Source: Chloropicon primus (taxonomy: Eukaryota). Taken from it: a stretch of 64,000 nucleotides of DNA. The first letter of the stretch is position 1. Each line of letters opens with the position of its first letter. The DNA is taken from contig CP060758.1 of NCBI GenBank assembly GCA_023205875.1, forward strand, positions 434,001 to 498,000. The letters are read 5' to 3'. This document shows, piece by piece, positions 1-10,168 of the stretch. Below the pieces are notes generated by a model that was not told where the DNA came from, ran no database searches, and was given only the letters and a program-made list of their open reading frames with translations. A program made the position numbers and the translations under genes.

Positions 1-1110
1 GATCTCCTTGCGAGTCCTTTCCGCCCTCATGGCGTCCTCTTCGATGTTCAGGATCTCCTCGTCCACGCCCCCCTGGGCTCTGCCTTTCGCCTTGGAAGGC
101 TTCTGAGAGAGGCACAGGAAGTTGCCGGAGAACGTATGTATCGCCACGTCCTGCGACTCTTCGTTTGTCACGTAACCCATGTGAATCGACGAGACGGAGT
201 CCGCGACGTTCCCGGAGTAGATCTTCTCGGGCTGCGCGACCGCGTCCCCGGTGCTGAAAATCTCCACGGTCCCGTCGTCCTTGCCCACTATGATGTCTGG
301 GATGCCATCCCCCGTGAAATCGTACTTGGCGCAGACACAGTTCACGCCACCCACGGAGTTCTCCACTGGCATGTTCCAGCCCCTCCGGATCGCATCCGAG
401 TCGAGGAAGAGCTGCCCCAAGCCTCCCCTCTCCGTCCCGTAGATAATTTCTCTCCTCCCGATGCAAAGCTCTAAGGTGCTGTAGCCCGCCCCGCCGCTGA
501 TGACCGACTCCACTTCAGCGATGGTGGTTGGAATGGTGTCCAGGGAGGCCTCGTAGTACACCTCGCCGTCCTTGAGAACCTTGAGGGACCTGTCTTGGCA
601 CACGAGCACCGGGCAAACCTCTGCCATGCCAGAAAAAGATATCCGCGCCGTGATCATCTCATTTATCCTGTCCCTCGACACGTACTGCTGGACGTCGTTG
701 CTGTTCTCGATCTTGTTGCAAACGTAGTCCCCCGCGGTGAAGAAGGTCAAGCCGTTCACGGTGAGGGCCTTGATCTCCTCGGTCAGGTTGGAGCTGTACT
801 GGAAGAACTGCTTTCCCTTCTTGTTCACTCCGACCACAGTTTGGTCGTAGCAATAGAATATCTTGTCCTGCTGGCCGGATCCCTTCCCGAGCTCGACCCT
901 GGTGATCGCCCGGTGCAGGGGAAGGCTCTTGAACACCCCGACCGTCTCCTTTTTCTTGACCGAGAACACTTGGATCACGCCGTCCGTGTCCCCTAACACG
1001 ACTTTCTGCCTCGTCCTCTTCCCCAGGGGCAGAAGCTTCATGGACCCCTTGTACGCCGGGGCGCTTTGTATGATGTCATTCCTGTAAAGCGTGATGTTCG
1101 TTCCCTCCAT
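1..1110 (-). CDS. BBS7: Bardet-Biedl syndrome 7 protein (BBSome subunit); 5' part, runs off the window
   Basis: Manual translation from ATG 1110, open to base 1: MEGTNITLYRNDIIQSAPAYKGSMKLLPLG..QKVVLGDTDGVIQVF..KKGKQFFQYSSNLTEEIK..PVLVCQDRSLKVL. This follows the BBS7 N-terminal beta-propeller. Not in the ORF track because there is no stop in the window. Confidence 0.9.
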   Translation of the reverse strand, partial: MEGTNITLYRNDIIQSAPAYKGSMKLLPLGKRTRQKVVLGDTDGVIQVFSVKKKETVGVFKSLPLHRAITRVELGKGSGQQDKIFYCYDQTVVGVNKKGKQFFQYSSNLTEEIKALTVNGLTFFTAGDYVCNKIENSNDVQQYVSRDRINEMITARISFSGMAEVCPVLVCQDRSLKVLKDGEVYYEASLDTIPTTIAEVESVISGGAGYSTLELCIGRREIIYGTERGGLGQLFLDSDAIRRGWNMPVENSVGGVNCVCAKYDFTGDGIPDIIVGKDDGTVEIFSTGDAVAQPEKIYSGNVADSVSSIHMGYVTNEESQDVAIHTFSGNFLCLSQKPSKAKGRAQGGVDEEILNIEEDAMRAERTRKEI

Positions 1111-1403
1111 GATGATGATGATGCCTGTCCTGTCCTTTTCCAGCAACCACCTGCTGCCGACTGCGACACTGACAGTGTCTCACACTCACTCACTCACTCA
1201 CTCACACACACACACACACACAGAGCGAGCGAGCGAGCGAGAGAGTCAGAGTGAGTGAATGAGAGTGAGAGTGAGCAAGGCGGAGACTCTTGGTGTCGTG
1301 TCCAAAATACTCTCGCTGTCGCTACCTCAACCGCGCTTGGGCGATCTCCATGAAGGCAATCCCAAATCGCCCTCCTTTCCTCCTTTCCTCTCCAAAGCAA
1401 AAG

Positions 1404-1676
1404 GGTTCGCTCGTTCCCTCCATGACATTACTTTTCCAAGAGCATGACTACTCGTTCCCTCCATGCCATTCCTTTTCCAAGAGCATGAGTACCCAAAAAT
1501 CGTACAATGCCAAGACACCACCTTTCCTTCCTTCCAAGTGCTTTTTCCATTGTACGCAGGAGAGGGTTCACTCGTTCCCTCCATGACATTACATTTCCAA
1601 GAGCATGACTACTCGTTCCCTCCATGACATTCCTTTTCCAAGAGCATGGGTACCCAAAAATCGTACAATTCCAAGA
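1404..1676. repeat. Nested tandem repeat: 41-bp unit x2, duplicated at a 161-bp period
   Basis: CTCGTTCCCTCCATG starts at 1410, 1451, 1571 and 1612. TACCCAAAAATCGTACAAT follows each pair. Confidence 0.9.
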
Positions 1677-1964
1677 TTTGCTAGTGCTTGTGTTGGCTCT
1701 GGTGGTATTTCCATGTTAGGCCTCCATGGGTGGTCTCTGGACCGTTAGGGGACGTTCAAACCCGACGCAGAGGAGTGAAAGAGAGAAGAGAGGAAAGCTA
1801 AAGGTGGCATTACCTTTGGAGAAAGTGTAGCCATGGGAGGGTAGGGGGGGGAGGCCAGAGGGAAAGCAGAGGGTGCAACCTGTGTGTCCTGGATTTTGCT
1901 TTCGTTCTTTCGTGTGTGTGTGTGTTGGTTTCGTGGGTTTGTCTCTTGTGTTGTTGTGGCAAGT

Positions 1965-4373
1965 ATGTCGGGACGGCCTTCCACGAGTGGCAAGAAGGCT
2001 GGGTCCTCGAAGAATATTGATATCTACCTCAGGTGCAGGCCGGTGCCTCGACCGAGTGAGAACTTCACGTACGACTTGCAGGATGGGAGCACGAGCATAG
2101 AGATACCGCACGAAGCGGCGGCGGGGTACATCAACAACAAGAAGGAGAAATACGACTTCAAGTTCAATGGGATCTTTGGGCCAGAAGCGAAGCAGGACGA
2201 GGTGTTCGACGGGGTGGCGAAGAAGGTTGTGCTGGGGGCGTTGCAGGGAGTCAACGGGACGATATTTGCGTACGGTCAGACGGGTTCGGGTAAGACGTTC
2301 ACCATCACCGGTGGAGCGGAGCGTTACGTGGACCGCGGTATCATTCCTCGGTCCATCTCGCTGATATACCAGGAGCTCGAGAAGAGGACAGACCAGCAGT
2401 TCTCGGTAAGCATCTCCTACCTGGAGATCTACCAGGGTCGAGGATACGACTTGCTCGATCCTGAGAGGGAGGTGAAGCAGATAGAAGATCTGCCGAAAGT
2501 CAGCCTTTGGGAGGACGGGGAAGGCAAGTTCGTCCCCCGGAACATGTCTAGCCACAACGCTGGCTCCGAGGAGGACGCCCTCAACCTCCTTTTCCTTGGG
2601 GACACGAACCGCACCATCAGCGAGACGCCGATGAACTTGACGTCAAGTAGGTCCCACTGTATTTTTATTGTGAACATCGAAGTCAGGACGCCTGGGGAGG
2701 ACACCGTGAGGAGGTCGAAGCTGAACCTGGTCGACTTGGCGGGTTCGGAGAGGGTGGCGAAGACGAACATCGACGGGACGATCCTGGCGGAGGCTCAGTA
2801 CATTAACGGCTCGCTGCACTTCCTGGAACAGGTCATCATTGCCTTGCAGGAGAAAGCGACCGGGATACAGAGGCACCACATCCCTTACAGGAACTCCATG
2901 ATGACAGCGATACTCAAGGACTCCCTGGGTGGAAACTGCTGCACTGCCATGGTTGCCACGGTCAACATGTCCGAAGCGCAGCTGGGGGAGTGCATCTCCA
3001 CCTGCCGGTTCGCTCAGCGCGTCGCGATGATTTCCAACGTCGTCATGGTCAACGAGGAGCTTGACCCAAAGCTCATGATAAAGAGGCTCAAGCAGGAGAT
3101 CAGGGACTTGAAGGAGGAGATAGGCATCCTGAAGGGCGGAGGCGCCGGCGCGGGAGAGGAGGAGGAGGCGGTCAAGCCAGGGTCGCAGATGTTCAACCAC
3201 ATCAAGCAGCAGATCCAGCAGTACGTCAGCGACGCTTCCTCGAGCGCAAAGTTGAACGTCGGCGGAAGCATGGCGTACATCAGGACGGCGTTCCAGATCT
3301 TCAAAGGCTTTGTTGGAAACTCTGGAAGCCATCTAGTCGGAGGAAGCGCAGGCGTCGGGGAGCCTGTCAAGCCTGAGGCTACGGCGGACACGAAGGCGCT
3401 CGAGGAGCAGTGCAAAAAATACAAGCTGCAGATTCAGCAGAGGGACAACGAGATCAGCATCTTGGTGTCCATGATGAAGAAACGGAGCGACATGCAAGGC
3501 TTCCAGGGCCTTCCTCAGCCCAAGCTGCGGTCTAGCGGGGAATCGGCACTACTCACCAAGTCCCCAGCAGCGGCGGCGGCAGGTTCTCCGGGGAATCATC
3601 GGCAGAGGCTCAAGTCCCCCGGCGGAGGAAAGGAGAACTTGCAGCAACAGGCGACGTCGGGTCGGGACGACATGGACGTTCTGGCCAACACCAACCTCCT
3701 GGCGGACCGCAACAAGGCTTTCGAGATATTCCGAAAGAGCTACAGGAAGAGCGAGGCGATCGAGGAGAACAAGCTCTTGCTGAAGGAGAAGTTTCAGGAG
3801 GCCAAGGCCTTGGGCCGGGTGGTCGGCGAGTGCAAGCAGAACATCTCGGGGCTGAAGGCTTCCATCGAGAAGCGCAGGATGGAGAGGGCTGTCCAGGGGC
3901 TGTCCGAAGGCGGGGACGACCAGGAGGGGGACCCCCAGGAGGACCTGCTCAAGTCCAAGATAGACAGGGAGAAGTTCAAGTACAAGGAGGGATTTGGCAA
4001 GCTCAAGGGGTTGAAGCGAGAGATCGAGCACATTCAGAAAATTTTGGAAAACAGCAGGAACAAGCTCCAGTCGGACTTTGAGCACTGGCTTTCGGTGATG
4101 GTCAGGCAGCAGCAGGGGCTGATCCGCAGCCCGGCCAACAAGCAGCAGGAGAGGAGGCAGGCGTGGAGCGACGACTCGAACGCCGTCGCCACGAGAAAGG
4201 GAAAGGGAGTGGTGGGGGGGAATAACTCTAGCGTCGCCAAGTCCCTGAACTTTGACTTTGACGTCGATCCCGTGGTCTTGCAGAAGGCGAAGCCCCTCCT
4301 CACTGGCAACGCCGAGGCTGACAGAGACATCATCAAGTTCTACCAAGCGAGGCAGAAACTCGTGAACTCCTAG
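1965..4373 (+). CDS. KIF6: Kinesin-9 family motor, KIF6-like
   Basis: Motor motifs GQTGSGKT, SSRSH, LVDLAGSER, HIPYRNS. KIF6-type TFTITGGAERYVDRGIIPR. Coiled-coil tail. First ATG at 1965. Confidence 0.88.
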   Translation: MSGRPSTSGKKAGSSKNIDIYLRCRPVPRPSENFTYDLQDGSTSIEIPHEAAAGYINNKKEKYDFKFNGIFGPEAKQDEVFDGVAKKVVLGALQGVNGTIFAYGQTGSGKTFTITGGAERYVDRGIIPRSISLIYQELEKRTDQQFSVSISYLEIYQGRGYDLLDPEREVKQIEDLPKVSLWEDGEGKFVPRNMSSHNAGSEEDALNLLFLGDTNRTISETPMNLTSSRSHCIFIVNIEVRTPGEDTVRRSKLNLVDLAGSERVAKTNIDGTILAEAQYINGSLHFLEQVIIALQEKATGIQRHHIPYRNSMMTAILKDSLGGNCCTAMVATVNMSEAQLGECISTCRFAQRVAMISNVVMVNEELDPKLMIKRLKQEIRDLKEEIGILKGGGAGAGEEEEAVKPGSQMFNHIKQQIQQYVSDASSSAKLNVGGSMAYIRTAFQIFKGFVGNSGSHLVGGSAGVGEPVKPEATADTKALEEQCKKYKLQIQQRDNEISILVSMMKKRSDMQGFQGLPQPKLRSSGESALLTKSPAAAAAGSPGNHRQRLKSPGGGKENLQQQATSGRDDMDVLANTNLLADRNKAFEIFRKSYRKSEAIEENKLLLKEKFQEAKALGRVVGECKQNISGLKASIEKRRMERAVQGLSEGGDDQEGDPQEDLLKSKIDREKFKYKEGFGKLKGLKREIEHIQKILENSRNKLQSDFEHWLSVMVRQQQGLIRSPANKQQERRQAWSDDSNAVATRKGKGVVGGNNSSVAKSLNFDFDVDPVVLQKAKPLLTGNAEADRDIIKFYQARQKLVNS

Positions 4374-4558
4374 AGAGTCTGAGTGAAGGAAGGACACGAC
4401 GACGACATGTAACTCTACTAAACAAGCGTACAATACAACACTAGCACAGAAAGTAAACAAATACATAAGAAAGGGCTGCAGGGAGAGGAGAGCATATTGT
4501 GTGCAATCCAGGTTGCCGATGATTCGACGACCCCAAACAGATATGTGGATTCCCCTCT

Positions 4559-5203
4559 TCAGCTCGCCAGTCGGGCGGCCCCGGCGCTCTCGACGACGTC
4601 GAACAAACTATCCTTGAGAAAAGGCTGCAGAGAGAGGAGCACGTTGTACACGAAGCAGTCCTCCTCGGGCGTATGCCAATCCAGGTTGCCGATGATTCTC
4701 CTCTTCAACTCGCAGTCCCTCTCCACGGCGTCCAGGGCATCCGCAACTCCTGACACAAAGTCCCAGTAGACCGCGTGGTCCGGTGGCTCCTCCCGCTTCA
4801 CCAGAACCTCGAAGTCTCGGCGAAGGAGCCGCACGATACCCATCAGTTCCTTCTCCAGCGAACGCAGCTCCTGGTAGTGCACGTTCTCCGAGGCGAGGGC
4901 GTCCTCCACCGGTGACGAGTAGCACGCCAAGGACGACGACGACGCTGGTGACGATGACGCCGATGGAACGTTCTCTTCTCCATCCTGCCGTGCGTCGTCG
5001 GCGGCATCCAACCTGTGGAGAAGTTTGTCGACCTTGGCCTTGGCGGGTGTCTGTGCCTTGACCTTGAGGGTCTTGTACGCTCCCTCCAGTCGAGAGAAGG
5101 ACGACCTCACCGAGTCCTGCACGCTCCTGTACCTCCTCAAGTTCTCCAGCAACCGACGGACCTCCTCAGCAGGAGGAGAAGCCGCTGCGACGAGGGTCGC
5201 CAT
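4559..5203 (-). CDS. Hypothetical coiled-coil protein (214 aa)
   Basis: ATG-initiated ORF with codon usage like neighbouring genes; no family recognised. Confidence 0.65.
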   Translation of the reverse strand: MATLVAAASPPAEEVRRLLENLRRYRSVQDSVRSSFSRLEGAYKTLKVKAQTPAKAKVDKLLHRLDAADDARQDGEENVPSASSSPASSSSLACYSSPVEDALASENVHYQELRSLEKELMGIVRLLRRDFEVLVKREEPPDHAVYWDFVSGVADALDAVERDCELKRRIIGNLDWHTPEEDCFVYNVLLSLQPFLKDSLFDVVESAGAARLAS

Positions 5204-5456
5204 GCCATGCAGTTGCAGTTTCCAGTTTCCAGTTTCTTCTTGCAGAGCAATGAGGGAGGCGAGGCTTGAGGCAATGCCTTTGTGGATGACGATCGCCTTG
5301 TGTGCTTGGGCTCGTGTCAGGCAAAAGGATTAGAATACAGTAGTAGTAGATTTAACCTTGTTGGTACAACTCTCTTTGTTCAAAGCAAAAAAAAGGAAGG
5401 GGGCAAGACGGAACATGGAACGGGGGCTTCTGGCTTCCGCGGCGGTCTAAACCTAA

Positions 5457-6068
5457 CTAATTCGTCTTCACCCTCTTTGAGATCATGAACTCCAGGAACG
5501 TGTGAACGACTTTCCTCTCGTCCACCTTCTGTTTCACGAAATGCGCGCCGACCGCGCTGACAAGCTGCTCTTTCGTTGCGTTGGCCTGGACCTTGAGTTT
5601 ATAGTGCTTCTTGTACCTCTTCAGTGCCGCAACTTCGAGCTTGTTGAAGTTGACCGAGACGTCCGGAGACTGGTCATCCTGCCTCCGAAGGGACGACGTG
5701 GTCGCGTACCTCGAGGGCTTCCTCTTGGTCCTCCCGCCGACGGCCGTCACGGAAAACGTCGTCCTCTCCTCCCCCCCAGTCCGCGCCTCGTTCTCGTCCT
5801 CCTCGCTCTCGCTCTCCTCCCCGGTGGGCTGCTCCAGGACCGTCAGGGCGTTCCTCTGCAGCCTGACGTGCGAGCCGTCGCTCAGGACGAGCCAGTGCCA
5901 GCCCCCCAGCCCCACCGCCTTCTTCACCGTGCCCTTGAGCCCCACGAGCTTGGACTTTGTGCGGTTGTTCCCCGTCACCAACACCTTGGTGTGCCGAGGC
6001 AGCAGAGCCGTGGAGTCCTCGCTGACCTCATCGTCCTCCGCCGCGGCCCGCGACCCTCCGCCGTTCAT
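5457..6068 (-). CDS. SAP30 Sin3-binding domain protein, similar to plant AFR1/AFR2 (HDAC complex subunit)
   Basis: N-terminal TKVLVTGNNRTKSKLVGLKGTVKKAVGLGGWHWLVL..LQRNAL block. C-terminal KLEVAALKRYKKHYKL..KEQLVSAVGAHF domain. Confidence 0.85.
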   Translation of the reverse strand: MNGGGSRAAAEDDEVSEDSTALLPRHTKVLVTGNNRTKSKLVGLKGTVKKAVGLGGWHWLVLSDGSHVRLQRNALTVLEQPTGEESESEEDENEARTGGEERTTFSVTAVGGRTKRKPSRYATTSSLRRQDDQSPDVSVNFNKLEVAALKRYKKHYKLKVQANATKEQLVSAVGAHFVKQKVDERKVVHTFLEFMISKRVKTN

Positions 6069-7191
6069 GAGGTGGTGATTAGGGCAATCCAGAGGACCAC
6101 GGCAGCAATCCCTCTAACAAGCAGGCAACCAATCCAAGCCAACGTGCGGAGCGCCGTCCTCCTCGAGTGACTCGGTGTTCAAGGGATCACCGAGGAGCGT
6201 TACCAAAGCTCCCTTCGAGAAACGTCGTTTTCGGAGAACCAAACAATCCGTCAAAAAACGTTCGTCCGTCCTCGTCGTTTGGAGGACGGGGAGAACGACG
6301 TCGATGTTTCGACACGACGGACCGTCGCGGATGTTTCGCCGTGTTTTTGTATTGGAAAAGAATCCTTCCAAGTCCACGACCCTCCCGCCCAACACCAACG
6401 AAGGTGCCCTCTTCGTTGAATAATCCAACACAGCACTCCACACCCCTTTGTTGGGATTAATAAACCAAGTGTATGTATGGTTATAATGTATGGATGTATG
6501 GATGTGTGTGGATGACGATGACGATGACGTTTGGATGACGATTGCGTTTGTTTTCTTCTGCGTCGTCCGGGACGAAAGAAAGAAAGTCAAAAGGGGGTGC
6601 GCAGGAATGCTCCACCACAACCATGCAATGCAGTGATACGGGTGCGGACGCCGTCCACCTAAACCCAAAAACACACAACAAACAAACACACGCCAAACCC
6701 TTCGCAAACTCTTCGTTGCCAACGAAGAGACACGTGAACGTTGGTTGTAAACGAGGTTACAACCAATCGTCTTATATGGGGATTTCAGCTTGAATTCGAA
6801 TTTTGGCTTGAAAATTTTTTTTTTTTTTTTTTTTTTCCCACCAAGTCGTTATGAAATAGTGTACGTAGTTTACATCATTTTGTGTTCGACGGCCGAACGA
6901 CGACGAGCCGAGAGGAGCCGAGAGAGGAGAGAGCGAGAGGGGGTTTGTTCTTCTTCTTGTGTCTCTTTGTGTGTGTGTGTGTTAGGGTTCGAGAGTGGGA
7001 GGAGGGGAGATCATCACCTTGGGGATACCTTTCCGCCGTTACCTTTCTCTTCCCGTCGTCCGGGACTTTGGATCAAGCTCGAGCTCTCGAGGAGGCAACG
7101 GAGACAGAGGAGTGGAGTGGAGTGGGTTTGGTTTGGTTTGGTTTGATTTGATAGGGTTTGATTGGGTTTGGTTTGTCCTTCTTTTGAGAAG

Positions 7192-8160
7192 ATGACGGTG
7201 TCGCGGACTTCGAAGATGTTGAGCTACATCAACTTCAGGATGAGGATCACCATCCAGGACGGTCGGCAGCTCGTGGGAAGGTTCATGGCTTTCGACAAGC
7301 ACATGAACGTGGTCCTTGGGGATGCCGAGGAGTTCAGGAAGCTGCCGCCCAAGAAGGGAATGGGGGAGGTAAGGAGGAAGGGGATAGACAGAAATCGAAA
7401 CCACGACGACGTGCTTCGTTCTTTTTCTCTTGCTGACTCCAATGTGTTTGTTTGCTTGCTTGCTCGAATCGAATCGAATCGAATCGGATCTCTCTCTCTG
7501 TCTCTCTCTGTCTTTGCCTGCCTGCCTGCCTGCCACCATCAACGTCGTCGTCGCCGTCGCAGAGAGAGGAGAGGAGGGTTCTGGGGCTCGTCATCCTTCG
7601 CGGGGAGGAGGTCGTGTCCATGACGGTGGAGGGACCGCCGCCCACCTCGGAGGCGAAGCTCAGGACGACGACGGCGGCCAGCGGAGGCCCAGGAATAGGC
7701 AGGTCCGCCGGGCGCGGCGTTCCTGCCATGGGAGGAGGAGGACAGGTGCCCATGGGGCTCGCCGGACCCGTGCGTGGAGTCGGTGGACCGGGAATGGGAG
7801 CCATGCAGCCAAGGCCTCAGGTGAGTGGGGCGAAGGAAAGAAAAAGGGGATTGCGCGAAACGAAATGAATTATTCTGACTTTTGGACTGACTCGCGTTTC
7901 CCGTTCCAAACTGCTCTCAGATGTCCGGAGCCCCGATGGCTTACGGAGCCCCAGGGATGAGGCCGGGAATGCCACCGCCGGGAAGCTTTCCCCCCAGGCC
8001 AGGAATGCCGCCGCCGGGAGCGTACCCGCCGAGGCCGGGCATGAGGCCCGGGATGCCTCCTCCGGGAAGCTATCCCCCCAGGCCGGGAATGCCCCCACCG
8101 GGCGCCTACCCCCCTCGGCCTGGCATGATGAGACCCCCCAGGGGGCCTCCCCACCACTGA
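7192..8160 (+). CDS. SNRPB: snRNP core protein SmB/B'; exons 7192-7368, 7563-7820, 7921-8160
   Basis: Sm motifs ([52 protein letters not shown]). Pro-rich PPPG..PPRPGM tail. Two phase-0 GT-AG introns keep the frame. Confidence 0.93.
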
Positions 8161-8279
8161 AAACAAAACGGAAAAGTGCAAGCTGAATATAAATAAAAAA
8201 ATATATAAACTTGTGTGTGGACTTGCGAGCGCGCGTGTTGTACTCGCCCTGTGCTCCTCCCCCCGCCAGCACTAGCGTG

Positions 8280-9500
8280 CTACTTTCTCGCCTCGATCTG
8301 CTCCCTCCAGCCCTCGTTCAGCTGCCTCTGCTTGAGCTTCTTGATCTCGACCTGCTCCAGCCTCGAGAGCGCGAGGTCCTCCTCGACGTCGTTCAGCAGC
8401 TCCCAGTCCTGCGAGAGCTCCTTCTTCCTCTGGGCCTTCTTCAACGACTTTTTCTCCAGCATCTGCTGCTCCAAAAAGGTCTTGTACTCGAGCTTCTGCT
8501 TCCTGACGTCCTGGGGGGACGAGCAGCTGATCTCAGCGGGGTAAAGGGGGACGTTGTTCACCGCCCGGGTGTTGTCCTGCTTCTCCCGCCGCGACCTCTC
8601 CTCCTTCTCGGCGATCTGGGCCTTGAGGTACTCCTGGACCTGCCTGTTGCTCGCCTCCTTCTGCTGCACCACCACCTTGGCTTGGCTGTCCAGCTGCTTC
8701 CTCCTCTGCAGGTTGTACTTGTCCAGGGACTTCTCCGTCTTCTTCATCGCCCTCTCGCTCTTCAGGTGGCGCAGGTACGCGTCCTTGCTCACCACGCTCT
8801 CGAACTCCTCCGGGATGATCTTCTTCTTCGTCTTCGAGGGAGCGTACGACGAGGACGAGACGCCCAACGAGCTCTTCCCCGTCGAACCCATGCTGGCCTC
8901 TCCCCCCTCCGGCCCTCCCTGGCTGCCGGCCGACGGAGGGTTCTGCCTCGACCCCCTCCTCTGATGACCCCTCTCCGCCTCGAGCTCCTTGGTCGCGCTG
9001 CTCAGCGTCGTGTACCCGCCGCCCCCGAACTTGAAGACCACCTTCATCCCGCGAGCGTGCAGGACACCAAAGCCAAAGTTGATGCTCATGGAGATCCCAG
9101 AAGATATCTTGCCGTTTATCTCGTTCAAAAGGTGTTTCAGGCACGTCTGTACCACGTCCTTGCTCAGCACCTTGGAGTACTGCAAGGCAATCCTCGAATA
9201 GTTGATGTCCTCAATGGGTTCCAGCTTCCTCTTCAGGATCACCTCCGTGTGGATCCCATAACGCCTGGCGAACTGCTCGTTCAGCACGAACACCGGGGTG
9301 ATGCTTCCGCTCGGTCCGGTCGACAGGGTGAACTTGCCGAAGTTTGCCAAAGCTGCTCCACGGTTCACCCGAAGCTGGCTATCGATCCACTTCATGGTCG
9401 CCAGCCAGGCCGTGAGGTACGCGCTCTTCGTCAAGTTTGGGTTCACCTTTCTCACCCTCTTGGCGCAGTCCTCCGCCAACGAAGTCAATTGGTCCGTCAT
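8280..9500 (-). CDS. CCDC81-like protein (HU-like domains plus coiled coil)
   Basis: NFGKFT..PVFVLNEQFARRYGI..INYSRIA..INFGFGVL pattern resembles the CCDC81 HU-like domains; charged coiled-coil C-terminus. Confidence 0.65.
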   Translation of the reverse strand: MTDQLTSLAEDCAKRVRKVNPNLTKSAYLTAWLATMKWIDSQLRVNRGAALANFGKFTLSTGPSGSITPVFVLNEQFARRYGIHTEVILKRKLEPIEDINYSRIALQYSKVLSKDVVQTCLKHLLNEINGKISSGISMSINFGFGVLHARGMKVVFKFGGGGYTTLSSATKELEAERGHQRRGSRQNPPSAGSQGGPEGGEASMGSTGKSSLGVSSSSYAPSKTKKKIIPEEFESVVSKDAYLRHLKSERAMKKTEKSLDKYNLQRRKQLDSQAKVVVQQKEASNRQVQEYLKAQIAEKEERSRREKQDNTRAVNNVPLYPAEISCSSPQDVRKQKLEYKTFLEQQMLEKKSLKKAQRKKELSQDWELLNDVEEDLALSRLEQVEIKKLKQRQLNEGWREQIEARK

Positions 9501-9501
9501 C

Positions 9502-9536
<35 letters not shown>

Positions 9537-10168
9537 GAGGAGGAGGAGGAGGCTACGTTATAGGCGAAGCAAAACGTAGCTTGCGAATGAGTTGTTGTTG
9601 TTGTTGTTGTTGTTGATGCCAAAAAGGTTGAATCTTGGTCGAGTCTCGCCCCAAGGGTGGCCACGGGGTTTGTCCTTAAGCCGAGTTCGGTCAAGCCTCT
9701 GCCTTGTTGACCCTCTCTCACTCACTCAGGTTTTTTCCTTCTCTTCTCCTTCTTTTTTTCTTTCTTCTCCTCGCTGGTCAAATATTTCTGCTTCAACACA
9801 AGAATAAACAAACACGAGGAGGAGGAGGAGGAGGGAGTGGTGGAGAAGGGCAACAGGGCAACAGGGAAGGGAGAGAGAGAGAGACCGGGATCTAAGGAAT
9901 GACTCTTGCTTGCTCTCCACTGCTTTCGATGGGTCAAGAAATGGATTGTTTTTTTGCTTGCTTGCTTTGTAACGCACGCGGCGGTCTCGTGTCGGGGCAA
10001 GGATGATGATGAGGAGGAGGAAAGGCTTGTCAGGGCACAAAGAAACTGAAGAGTGATGACATTTGTAACTACATTTTGCTTATCCAGCTTGATAGTGATA
10101 ACTGCATCTACATCTTGCTTATATCTAGTCTCCTAAGGCTTGCTTGACCTGACATAAGGTCTCCCACC

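Noticed and set aside
1404..1676. CRISPR-like array
   Set aside because: The sequence between repeats is itself duplicated rather than unique, there are no cas genes, and the context is eukaryotic.
10053..10152. Possible C/D box snoRNA (GTGATGA...CTGA)
   Set aside because: No terminal stem or recognisable guide sequence, and the boxes are short enough to occur by chance.
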